The notes under the pieces: model-generated
Seen by the model: the letters and a program-made list of their open reading frames with translations, nothing else
Told to the model about the DNA's origin: nothing
Database searches by the model: none
From: an uncultured Phycisphaeraceae bacterium
GTDB taxonomy: Bacteria; Planctomycetota; Phycisphaerae; Phycisphaerales; UBA1924
Assembly: GCA_964543905.1 (NCBI GenBank)
Contig: CAZIZO010000009.1
Location: 64,524 to 128,523 of the forward strand
Direction of reading: 5' to 3'
DNA: 64,000 bases
Translations under genes and position numbers: made by a program
In this document: piece by piece, positions 53,636 through 62,473 of the stretch
Layout: every line of letters starts with the position of its first letter
How positions within the stretch are numbered: position 1 is the stretch's first letter

Positions 53636-56600
53636 TTAGCAGCCGAGTTCGAACCGTTGGAGGTAGTAGAGGAGGTCGTCGATGGTGACGCCGCCATCGG
53701 GCGTGCCCGTGGCCGAGCCATCGTCCACGTCGGCGGCGAGGTCGCCGTTCTCGAAGATGTAGAGGTAGTAGAGCAGGTCGTCGATGGTCACGCCGCCGTC
53801 GGGGATGCCGGTGAAGGACCCGTCGTCCACGTCCGCGACGCATGGACCAACGTATCCGACGCGGAAGGACTCCACGGTGTCCCACACACACGTCGGATCG
53901 CTGTTGCAGGTCCCCTCGACGATCAGGCGGTAGCGGTGGTCCGGGTCCGGAGCGGTGTAGTGGAGGTTGATCATCTGCGTGGTGGCCTCACCCGCCGAGA
54001 GCGAGATCGAGAACTGGACCGGGTCGCCCGGAGGAAGGCCGTTGAGGCTGATCACCTCGGTGTCGGGCTCGTCGTCCGGGGTGAGCACGCGAACGCGGAT
54101 GTTGCGAGTCTCGGCGGAGGGGCCCGTGTTCGTGATCGTGATCGGGAGGTCCAGCCCGGGGCTGGGCACCGCGATGAGCGTGCTCAGGTTCGTCGGAATC
54201 TGGTTGCACAAGTTCGTGTTATCGACGACCTTGCCCTGTGCCGAGAGTTGATCGCCCGTGACGTTATTCTGCACGGCGAAGGTGTAGCACCCGGTCAGCC
54301 CGACGCCAAAGAGCCCCGCCGGGCGGGTGATGACCACGGGGAACGTGAAGCAACCGCCCGGGTTGATCACGGGGGTGATGCCCGTGGAGGGTGAGAAGGT
54401 GGTGGGCCCCACGACGGAGCAGCCCGGGCCGACACCGTCGCCCATCAGGTTCCACGAGTACGTCGCGGGCGATGTGGTGTAGTTGCAGATGGTGAGATTC
54501 GCGGTGACCGTGGTCTGCCCCGGGACACAGAACGACGAGATGGGAGCGGAAACGGCGTTCTTGCACTTCCCCGAAACGCCCGCGGCATAGACGCGCTGGA
54601 TTTCAGCGGTGGAGAGGGCGGCCCGGTGGAACTCAACCTCGTCGATCCCGCCGGAGAAGAAGGAGGAAGCCGGATTGGAGGAGGCGCCCACGCGGAAGGG
54701 CGAACCCGGCGTGCTGTGGTTGCCCGCGCCGGCGCCGACGGTGATCGTCGGGGAGGCCACGCCGTTGACGTACATCGTCAGGGTCGGCACCGGCGTGGGA
54801 CGATAGACGGTGGCGACGTGGACCCAGGTGTTGGCGGGCACAGCGAGGCCCGAGTTGTAGTTGGCGAAGGTGACGCCGTTGCCCAGTTGCGTCAAGAGCG
54901 TGCCGTTCGAGAGGAAGAACAGGTAGCCGAGTGAGGGGATGATGTTGGAGGCGGCGCGCTTGTCGGCGATGACACGCACGCCGTTCGCGCCGGTGTGGTT
55001 GATCCACGCGTCGATGGTGAAGGCGCCGGCGCCGGGGTTGATCCCGGCATAGTCGGGAACCTGGACGTAGTCGTTGACCCCGTCGAAGGTCCGGGAGTTA
55101 TCGACCTGCACGCCCAAGGTGTGCGCGACGCCGTTGAGGTCGGTGCCGGGGAAGGCTGGGGCGCGGATGTTGGCGGCGGTGATCCCCGCGGGCTCATCAA
55201 AGGGGAGCCACAAGGTCATGCGGCTCGGCGCGGAGGTGCAGCCGCAGGTGTGGGTGCAGATGTCGCGCATGTTCGGGTCACGCGGAGTGAAGATGACATC
55301 CAACGCCACATACGGGCTTTGATCCGCTCGCACCATCTGGATCGGATTGAACGGGTCTCGCGCCGCTTGCTGGGGGATGACGCGCTCGTCGCACACCTGG
55401 ACCGCCGGATTGGCGCTCACGGTCGAGAGGAGCGTGTTGGTCTTGCTGGTCCAGAAATCGCGCCCGAGTCCAAAGTGGTTGCGGGCATCGGCGGCGACGA
55501 ACACCCCCCCGTCGGCGGCGGGAATGGCTTCGTGGGCCAGTTCGGTCGTCGTCGGGAAGTTGGAGTTGAAGAAGCGGACTTCATTGGTAATGACGCCCGA
55601 GTTGCTCACCCGCATCAGCGCGCCGTTCGTTGGACCGCCCGCGCTGGAGGCCTCCCGTCCCGCGAAGACAAAGCCCCCAAAGGGATGGGCACGGGCGGAC
55701 TGGCTCTCCCAGAACGTCGGGGTGGTCAGCATCCAGAGGGGAACGCCGTTGGCGTCGGTGCGCACGACGTGCGAGCCGCGGTTGTTGCTCTGGAGATCGC
55801 GCCAAGGACCGGTGAAGACATAGCCGCCCGGGAAGGTCATGCCGTTCGCGCTGACGGGCGGGGCCAGGTCCATCCCTTCCCCCAGGAACTGCTCGCTCAA
55901 GGGTTGCGTCTGCAGGTAGACGTTGGACCAGCGGAGCGGGCCGCAGGCGTTGGACGTTTGGGTCCGCAGGGCGAGAAGTTCGATCGGGCCCACGTCACCA
56001 CGGCGGGTCCATCCGACGACGGTGAACGTGCCGTCGGGATTCTGACGAACATCGTTGAAACTGGTGTACGCCGATGGCCCCCATCGAGCGTCGGTCCAGA
56101 CGCACCCCGACACCTGATTTCCGTTCGCATCCGTGGTGATCAACACCCCCCCGCGGATCCCGCCCTGAGGCGGATTGCTGCGCCGGCCGATGAGCACCCA
56201 TCCCCCTTGTGCGCCGGCGAGTTCGCGCGTCACGCTCTGCCCGTCCGTCGAGAAACCATCACCCTGATACACGTGTGCCCACATGACCGCGCCCGAGGCG
56301 GCGTTGACCTTCATCAGGAAGATCTCGTGCCCGGGGATGGGGCTGGGGCGCATCTCCCCCGCCACGACGTAGTTGCCGTCCTTCGCAACACGAACGCTGT
56401 GGGCCTCGAGTTGCCCGTTCGGGAACGGGTTTGAGTAGTGACGAACCCATTGGCGATTACCGCACTTGTCGAGTTTCTCGAGCATGATGTCGCGGGCGGT
56501 GACGGCATTGAGGGCGACACCGGCGGCGATCGTCCCGCCGTCGGGCGTGCGCTCGGTGCTCGTGGCCCATTCGTCGTTCTGCGTAAAGGTGAGTTCCTGA

Positions 56601-56701
56601 TACGAGAGAGGGGGCGCGGCCGACGCCGGAAGGCCGGCAAGGGAGACCAGCAGGCCGGCGCCGAACAGGCCGGCGGCATGTGCAACACGACGAGTACGCA
56701 T
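53636..56701 (-). CDS. secreted large protein: N-terminal propeller-like region, LamG/concanavalin-like domain, beta-sandwich region, GC-dockerin-like C-terminus
   Basis: GGGAGGA precedes ATG56701. Signal peptide MRTRRVAHAAGLFGAGLLVSLAGLPASAAP. LamG-like segment FDGVNDYVQVPDY..GAFTIDAWI..VIADKR..GYLFFLSNGTL..WVHVATVY..LTMYVNGV..GGIDEVEFH. Ends CVADVDDGSFTGIPDGGVTIDDLLYYLYIFENGDLAADVDDGSATGTPDGGVTIDDLLYYLQRFELGC-stop. Confidence 0.85.
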   Translation of the reverse strand: MRTRRVAHAAGLFGAGLLVSLAGLPASAAPPLSYQELTFTQNDEWATSTERTPDGGTIAAGVALNAVTARDIMLEKLDKCGNRQWVRHYSNPFPNGQLEAHSVRVAKDGNYVVAGEMRPSPIPGHEIFLMKVNAASGAVMWAHVYQGDGFSTDGQSVTRELAGAQGGWVLIGRRSNPPQGGIRGGVLITTDANGNQVSGCVWTDARWGPSAYTSFNDVRQNPDGTFTVVGWTRRGDVGPIELLALRTQTSNACGPLRWSNVYLQTQPLSEQFLGEGMDLAPPVSANGMTFPGGYVFTGPWRDLQSNNRGSHVVRTDANGVPLWMLTTPTFWESQSARAHPFGGFVFAGREASSAGGPTNGALMRVSNSGVITNEVRFFNSNFPTTTELAHEAIPAADGGVFVAADARNHFGLGRDFWTSKTNTLLSTVSANPAVQVCDERVIPQQAARDPFNPIQMVRADQSPYVALDVIFTPRDPNMRDICTHTCGCTSAPSRMTLWLPFDEPAGITAANIRAPAFPGTDLNGVAHTLGVQVDNSRTFDGVNDYVQVPDYAGINPGAGAFTIDAWINHTGANGVRVIADKRAASNIIPSLGYLFFLSNGTLLTQLGNGVTFANYNSGLAVPANTWVHVATVYRPTPVPTLTMYVNGVASPTITVGAGAGNHSTPGSPFRVGASSNPASSFFSGGIDEVEFHRAALSTAEIQRVYAAGVSGKCKNAVSAPISSFCVPGQTTVTANLTICNYTTSPATYSWNLMGDGVGPGCSVVGPTTFSPSTGITPVINPGGCFTFPVVITRPAGLFGVGLTGCYTFAVQNNVTGDQLSAQGKVVDNTNLCNQIPTNLSTLIAVPSPGLDLPITITNTGPSAETRNIRVRVLTPDDEPDTEVISLNGLPPGDPVQFSISLSAGEATTQMINLHYTAPDPDHRYRLIVEGTCNSDPTCVWDTVESFRVGYVGPCVADVDDGSFTGIPDGGVTIDDLLYYLYIFENGDLAADVDDGSATGTPDGGVTIDDLLYYLQRFELGC

Positions 56702-57048
56702 CTTCAAATCCTCCCAACGCGAGCGTGTCTGGCGCTCGATTCCAGTCCTCACGTCCCGCGTGATCGCTCGCGCAGGACAGCACACAACGGGCGGCAAGCC
56801 CGAGGAACGCGGTTCCACTGGTCGATGGGTGCACCCACGAAGGCCACGCTTCAACCCTTGTTCTCCTCGGAGAACAGCCTATTCGACCATCTCGGCGACC
56901 CCGTGTCAAGGCGACTGTGAGGGTGGCCGACACAGGGACAGCGTGGGGGGCGGGGCGATCTTGCAGACCTTGCAGCCGAATTTCGCCCTCGGCACAAAAA
57001 ATGTTGGGCGACGTGCCCGGGGAAACCCAAGGGCGCCCGTCTTCTCGA

Positions 57049-57609
57049 TCAACGCGCCGACAATCCCTTGACGATCTCGTGGGCTTGGCGAAGGTGGAGC
57101 GCCTGGTGGAAGGGGGCGAACGTGGCCCAGATGCGCGACGAGAGCGGACCAAACCAAGGATGCACATGCGTTTGCCGACCCTCCCGCAACGCCCGGGGAT
57201 CGGCGAGTGCTCGCTCGAGGTCGGCGATCGAGGCATCCAGATCGCGGAGCGCGGCCTCGGGTTGTGCGTCGGGCGCGGGCTTGTAGTTCGCGATCGCGAC
57301 CACGAGGGGCGACGGTCGATCCCGGGCGAGATCGGTCAGGACCTTGGCAAGGTCTCGGTTCACGCGCGCCAGGTGTTCCGCGACCATCGCGAGGGAGTAG
57401 TTGGTTGAACTCTCCTCCAACCCACGCAAACGCTTGATCTGCACGCGCGTGGTCGCGTGGGGGCCGGCCCGGTCGATCAAGCCGATCAGTTCACCCTGCT
57501 GCAGGCGACACAGCCTGGCCGATTCCTCGGGCGGATTCGCGATCGCCCATCGGCGGATGATGAGCCGGGCTATGAATCGCTCGAGCGCTGGAATTCCGGT
57601 CGGCGGCAT
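57049..57609 (-). CDS. hypothetical protein, DinB-superfamily/DUF1569-like
   Basis: MVAEHLARVN ... HVHPWFGPLSSRIWATFAPFHQALHLRQAHEI resembles the His-containing helices of DinB-fold proteins. The assignment is weak. Confidence 0.45.
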   Translation of the reverse strand: MPPTGIPALERFIARLIIRRWAIANPPEESARLCRLQQGELIGLIDRAGPHATTRVQIKRLRGLEESSTNYSLAMVAEHLARVNRDLAKVLTDLARDRPSPLVVAIANYKPAPDAQPEAALRDLDASIADLERALADPRALREGRQTHVHPWFGPLSSRIWATFAPFHQALHLRQAHEIVKGLSAR

Positions 57610-57663
57610 GCGCCGAGATTCGCCCGCATCCTCGCGGTGGATTCGGGCCTGGTCTCGTGAGGA

Positions 57664-58350
57664 TCAAGCAAAGGGATCGGGCTCACCCAGTTTCGCGCAG
57701 ACTTTGGAGATCGCGGCGCGAAGCGTCCGGCACTCGGCCTCAAGTTCGGCGACTCGGCCTTCCAGACCCCGGGCACCAGACGGTGCCGCCGAAGGATTGG
57801 GGTCCAGGCGCTCGTCCTCGACGTCACCCCCGCGTGACACATGATCGAGCGGATGGAGCGTCGGGCAGAGGAGTTGCACCCATCGTCGCGCACGCTGCCC
57901 CGGCGCGGCCGCAATCTCCTTCACCATGGGCTCCGGGCGTTCGCCGAGGGCGCGGAGGGTGGCCTCCACGGATTCAAGGGACGCGAGGGGCGCCATGCGG
58001 CTGGCGCGGCTGCGCAGTTCGCCCGCGGATTGAGGCCCACGCAGCATGAGTTCGGCCAAGAGCACCAACTCCTCGGTGTTGACGCCCAGCGTTTCACGGG
58101 CCACATGACGGTACTTCGCCACGCGGCTGTCGCTGAGCATCGCCTCGCGAACAATGTTCTTGCGCCGGAGTTGGTCGACCGCGTCAAAGACACGGTCTTC
58201 ATCGAAGTTCGTGACGGGATCGCGCCCGCTCGTCTGGTTGCAGCCCCGCATCAGCCCATTCAGCGTCATCGGGTATTGCGCCGGGGTCGTCTGGGCCTTT
58301 TCGATCAGGGTGCCGAGCACTCGGCATTCGTCGGGCGAAAGCGAGATCAT
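57664..58350 (-). CDS. YceH-like DUF480 (UPF0502) protein
   Basis: MISLSPDECRVLGTLIEKAQTTPAQYPMTLNGLMRGCNQTSGRDPV aligns closely with the N-terminus of E. coli YceH as I recall it. Confidence 0.8.
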   Translation of the reverse strand: MISLSPDECRVLGTLIEKAQTTPAQYPMTLNGLMRGCNQTSGRDPVTNFDEDRVFDAVDQLRRKNIVREAMLSDSRVAKYRHVARETLGVNTEELVLLAELMLRGPQSAGELRSRASRMAPLASLESVEATLRALGERPEPMVKEIAAAPGQRARRWVQLLCPTLHPLDHVSRGGDVEDERLDPNPSAAPSGARGLEGRVAELEAECRTLRAAISKVCAKLGEPDPFA

Positions 58351-58492
58351 GGGCGAAGAGTACGTGAACACCACCCCGCACGGGGGTGTGGAGTTGAACA
58401 CGCGTCGCGCCTAAACTCACCCCCTTCTCCGCCGGGCGGTGGTTCGTACTTTGGGCGGGGGATTTCAGTCTTTTTTCCGAAGGATACCGGCC

Positions 58493-59047
58493 ATGAAGGC
58501 GACCGATCTGCGCAAGGGTCTAGGTGCGAAAATCGACGGGCGTTTGTACTTCCTGACGGCGGTGGAACACCGCACGCCCGGAAACCTCCGCGCGTTCGTG
58601 CAGATCACGGCCAAGGACGTGCTCAAGGGCAACACGATCGAGCGCCGCCTCGGTTCGGGCGATGACCTGGAAGTCGTCGATCTCGACAACCGCGAGATGG
58701 AGTACTTGTACTCCGATTCGACGGGCGCGACGTTTATGGACGCCGAAACCTTCGACCAGGTCGTCATGCCGAAGGAAGTGCTGGGCGACGGGCTCCTCTA
58801 CCTCGTCCCCAACACCAAGTGCAACGTCCTGATGTACGACGGCAACCCGGTGACGCTCGACCTGCCCGGCTCCGTCGTGCTCAAGATCGTCGATTGCCCG
58901 CCCGAAGTCAAGGGCGCGACGGTGACGAACCAGATGAAGGACGCGGAACTGGAAACCGGGCTCAAGACCCGTGTGCCCGGGTTCATCAAAGTGGGCGAGA
59001 TGGTCCGCGTGAACACCGCGGACGGCTCCTACCAGAGCCGGGCCTGA
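58493..59047 (+). CDS. efp: elongation factor P
   Basis: MKATDLRKGLGAKIDGRLYFLTAVEHRTPGNLRAFVQ, 184 aa, three-domain length. AAGGA upstream of ATG58493. Confidence 0.9.
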   Translation: MKATDLRKGLGAKIDGRLYFLTAVEHRTPGNLRAFVQITAKDVLKGNTIERRLGSGDDLEVVDLDNREMEYLYSDSTGATFMDAETFDQVVMPKEVLGDGLLYLVPNTKCNVLMYDGNPVTLDLPGSVVLKIVDCPPEVKGATVTNQMKDAELETGLKTRVPGFIKVGEMVRVNTADGSYQSRA

Positions 59048-59100
59048 TCGACGAACGGGCCGCTCGCGCATTCCTCTGAACCCCCATGAAGTTCTCCGCC

Positions 59101-59137
59101 GCGGCACGCTCGTGAGGGGCGTGCCGCTATCTTCTGT
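59101..59137 (+). terminator. possible weak terminator/attenuator between efp and aroK
   Basis: GCGGCACGC-(9 nt)-GCGTGCCGC followed by TATCTTCTGTG (a poor U-tract). It ends 3 nt before the aroK ATG. Confidence 0.3.
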
Positions 59138-59139
59138 GC

Positions 59140-59673
59140 ATGCGCGTGATCCTGATGGGACTTCGCGGGTGCGGAAAGACGACGGTGGGACGTGAACTCG
59201 CCCGGCGCTTCGGCGTGCCCTTCATCGACCTCGACGAGGTCACGCCACGGGTGCTCGGGTGCGCAACGGCGGGCGAGGCGCTGCGAAGCCTGGGCGAGAA
59301 AGCCTTCCGAGCCGGAGAGGCACAGGCGCTCCGCGACGTGCTCGCCCGCGCTCCGGCGGCGTACATCTTGGCGCTCGGTGGCGGCACCCCCACCGCACCC
59401 GGCGCCGTGCACATGCTGCAAGGTGAGGCGTGCCGCCCACGATCCTGCCTTGTGTACCTGCACGCGCCGCCCGCGACGCTGCGGGATCGTCTCCAAGGCG
59501 AGAACCCGATCGATCGACCCAGCCTGACCGGGCGGCCCGCCTTGGACGAGATCGACGAAATCTATGCCGCACGCGACGGGCTCTACCGCTCCATCGCGAG
59601 CACGCTTGTGGAGGTCGGGGATCAATCCCCCGCGGAGGTCTGCGACGAACTTACATCGCGAGTCGGTGCATGA
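59140..59673 (+). CDS. aroK: shikimate kinase
   Basis: MRVILMGLRGCGKTTVGRELARRFGVPFIDLD (Walker A plus the D of shikimate binding), LGGG, about 177 aa. Confidence 0.85.
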   Translation: MRVILMGLRGCGKTTVGRELARRFGVPFIDLDEVTPRVLGCATAGEALRSLGEKAFRAGEAQALRDVLARAPAAYILALGGGTPTAPGAVHMLQGEACRPRSCLVYLHAPPATLRDRLQGENPIDRPSLTGRPALDEIDEIYAARDGLYRSIASTLVEVGDQSPAEVCDELTSRVGA

Positions 59674-61195
59674 GGGACGCCGTCGCCCCATAGACGCTGT
59701 CGAAGGTCTCCCGCAGTCGGTGGTACGCTCCGACCGACGCGGGGTCCGGCTCACGCGTCTCGCCCTCCCGAAGGGTGGCGCGGCAGGCCTCCCCCACACC
59801 CTTCCACAGGCCCATCCCGACTCCGGCGAGCAGCGCGGCACCAAAGGCGGACCCCTCGTTCGAGAGGAGCGTCGCGACGGGCGAGCCATAGACGTCGGCC
59901 TGGAGTTGGCGCCAGAAGGGCGATTGGTTCCCGCCGCCGCTCAGGCGGATGCGCGAAATCGGGACCTTCAGCGAACGCACGATGTCGAGAATCTGGGCCA
60001 TGGTGAACGTGACGCCCTCGACGACGCTCCGGACGAGGTGGGCGCGGGTATGGCGCGAGGTCAGACCGATCCACGCCCCGCGGGCGCGCGGGTCGGGGTG
60101 CGGGCAACGTTCGCCGGTCAAGTAGGGGAGAAAGACGAGGCCTTCGCAGCCTGGAGGGACGGCAGCCGCCTCGTCCAGCAGCGTCCCGAAGGGCACCTGC
60201 GGGGCGAGGGCTTCGCGAGCCCATTCCAGACTGCCGCCGGCGCTCAGCGTGCACCCGGTGATGCTCCAATGCCCGGGCGCGTCGCTCGTGCCATCGGCGG
60301 CACAGAAGGCTTGCGTACGTCCGCAGGCCTGGGACGACGCCAGGTCTGGGGCGTGGCGTGGTGCATGGGCGTAGATGACGCCGCTCGTTCCAAGCATCGC
60401 CATCGCGAGACCGGGTTCAACAACACCGGTCCCGACGGCGCCGGTCTGGTTGTCGCCCGAGCCAATGACCACTGGAATCCCGGGACGCAAGGACATCTCG
60501 CGGGAGGCAAAGGTCGTGAGGTGTCCCACGATGGTCGCGGATTCCAGGACGCGAGGGAGGATCGCGGGGTCGAGGTCCAACGCTTCCAGTGCGCGGGGGC
60601 TCCACGCCCTCGACGCGGGATCAAGCAGGAGCGTACCCGCGCCATCGCCCACGTCGGTCGCCAGTTCGCCCGTGAGTTGGAGGGCGATGTAGTCCTTGGG
60701 CATGCAGAACTTCGCCACGCGGACGAAAACCTCCGGCGCGTGCTCGCGGACCCACAGGAGTTTCGGGAGTGTGAGGCCCGGGAGCGCGGCGTTGCCCACG
60801 GCCTCAACGACCGCGCGCTGACCCCCGAAGGCCTGTTCGATCGTGCGGCACTGCGCCTCGGTGCGCTGGTCATTCCACAGCAGAGCGGGGTGCAAGGCCT
60901 CCACGCAGCGATCCCTGGCGCCGCGCAGGGCGGCGTCATCCAGGAGCACCAGGCCGTGCATCTGCCCGCTCAACCCGATCGCCCGGACCTCGCTTGACGA
61001 TCCGGGCACTTGGGCGAGCACCGACGCGATCGCCGAACGCGCCGACCCCCACCAGTCGGCGGCGCGTTGCTGCGACCAACCCGGGCGAGGCTGATCCAGC
61101 GGATGGTCCGCCCGCCCCACCGCGAGGACGACGCCCTGTGCATCAAGGAGGACCGCCTTGGAGGAAGAGGTGCCGATGTCGAGACCGAGGAGCAT
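59651..61195 (-). CDS. xylB: xylulokinase / FGGY-family carbohydrate kinase
   Basis: MLLGLDIGTSSSKAVLLD, GLSGQMHGLVLLD, GSGDNQTGAVGTG, GGGNQSPFWRQLQADV. The 3' end overlaps aroK convergently by 23 nt. Confidence 0.85.
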   Translation of the reverse strand: MLLGLDIGTSSSKAVLLDAQGVVLAVGRADHPLDQPRPGWSQQRAADWWGSARSAIASVLAQVPGSSSEVRAIGLSGQMHGLVLLDDAALRGARDRCVEALHPALLWNDQRTEAQCRTIEQAFGGQRAVVEAVGNAALPGLTLPKLLWVREHAPEVFVRVAKFCMPKDYIALQLTGELATDVGDGAGTLLLDPASRAWSPRALEALDLDPAILPRVLESATIVGHLTTFASREMSLRPGIPVVIGSGDNQTGAVGTGVVEPGLAMAMLGTSGVIYAHAPRHAPDLASSQACGRTQAFCAADGTSDAPGHWSITGCTLSAGGSLEWAREALAPQVPFGTLLDEAAAVPPGCEGLVFLPYLTGERCPHPDPRARGAWIGLTSRHTRAHLVRSVVEGVTFTMAQILDIVRSLKVPISRIRLSGGGNQSPFWRQLQADVYGSPVATLLSNEGSAFGAALLAGVGMGLWKGVGEACRATLREGETREPDPASVGAYHRLRETFDSVYGATASLMHRLAM

Positions 61196-61588
61196 GCCCC
61201 ATCATTCGCTCGCCATCGATCACCCCGACGGGCGACGCATGCGCTCGCCTGTGAACACGAACATTGTTCAAACAAAGAGCAATCGGTGGATTGCCTCGTA
61301 CAGACCTTGTCGGGCCAGAACCGCCGAACTAGTGGCGTCCGGTACAAAAAGCAACAAGGCGGCACGACCTGGAGGGGGGGTAGGCCGTTGCCGCCCGTTG
61401 CACAGAGCAGCCGCGCGAGGGGGGTCGCTGCGGCGCTCCAGAAGGAGGCTCAAAAGATGTGGGCGAGATGAACGGTCCCGCCTACCACTAGTTTACCGCC
61501 CCCAAAGCAAGATCGCAAGTGGAAAAATGGGCGATCGCGAAAGGAAATCTCCCCATCCAAACCCCGGGCGCGGGAGGCGGAGCCCCGG

Positions 61589-62473
61589 CTACTCGGCGAT
61601 CCCCGGCGACTCGGCGACCAACGCCGCCGCACCCCTCGCCGCATGGAAATCATCTCGACCCGCGATCAGACTCCAGCCCGGGCGGGCCAGCGAAGTCAGT
61701 TGATCGCACACGAGTGAGTGAATGTGGGCAACCCGTTCGCCCAGACGCACGCCCAGCCCCCCAAGCAGGCGAACGTGATCCGGGCGATAGACCGCATGGG
61801 CAATTCGCAGCGCCCGAGCCAACGCGCGGAGGGGCGGATCGTTTGGGTTGAGCCTCATTGCGAATCCACTGAGATCGTCGCCATAGCGGCGACGCAAGGC
61901 GGCGGCACCCAGGTACGCCTCCAGCGCTCCACGCCCTCCATCCGGGCCAATCGGCGTGTCGCCGCACTCCCCTTCGAGGGAGACATCCCACTGCCCCATG
62001 TGACCGGAACTCCGCCCGCTGACGCGAAGCAGATGCCCGTCGTCGAGCACCGCGGCCCCCACGCCCGTGCCGATCGAGATCGCGAGCAGGCGTCCCCTCA
62101 ACCGCTCACTCTTCCACACGTCATAGGCCGCCGCGTGCGCGTCGGTCGAGACCCGCACACCGGCACGAAGCCCGAGGCTTTCCTCTACGAGATCGTCGAG
62201 CGGGATGCCGACGATGCCCGGAACATGTGCCGACTGCGCGACGCTCATGGTCACGTCATCCCACGCCCCCGGAGCGCAGAGCCCAACCGCACACCCATGG
62301 ACATCCATCCCGGAGCACGCCGATCGGACCGCCTCGATCAGCCGCCCACGCCCTGGGCGGTCGTAGGCCTCGCTTTTGCCGCTCGCGATCATCTTCTCCC
62401 CGGACATCAGCACGGCCTTGACGGAGGTCCCGCCGATGTCGATGCCTAAAACGAGCCCGCTCGGAAGGGTCAA
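61589..62473 (-). CDS. ROK-family sugar kinase (glucokinase-like, no N-terminal HTH)
   Basis: LGIDIGGTSVKAVL, AISIGTGVGAAVL. Proposed TTG start at 62473 overlapping the upstream stop (TTGA). The longer track ORF would overlap the upstream gene by 165 nt. Confidence 0.7.
   Translation of the reverse strand: MTLPSGLVLGIDIGGTSVKAVLMSGEKMIASGKSEAYDRPGRGRLIEAVRSACSGMDVHGCAVGLCAPGAWDDVTMSVAQSAHVPGIVGIPLDDLVEESLGLRAGVRVSTDAHAAAYDVWKSERLRGRLLAISIGTGVGAAVLDDGHLLRVSGRSSGHMGQWDVSLEGECGDTPIGPDGGRGALEAYLGAAALRRRYGDDLSGFAMRLNPNDPPLRALARALRIAHAVYRPDHVRLLGGLGVRLGERVAHIHSLVCDQLTSLARPGWSLIAGRDDFHAARGAAALVAESPGIAE

Noticed and set aside
56961-56981. Sigma-54-like promoter (minus strand reads GGCTGC-aaggt-CTGCA) upstream of the LamG cargo gene; considered because rpoN is in the window
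   Set aside because: The GG-to-GC spacing is 13 rather than the canonical 12, and the -24 and -12 elements deviate from TGGCAC/TTGC. The TGGTCAC/TGGACAC sequences upstream of 47114 also lack a correctly spaced -12 element.
61440-61471. Strong SD (GAAGGAGG) followed 8 nt later by an ATG on the + strand
   Set aside because: The ORF is only four codons (MWAR-stop) and no + strand gene follows it. It is probably a chance occurrence in the xylB/ROK spacer.
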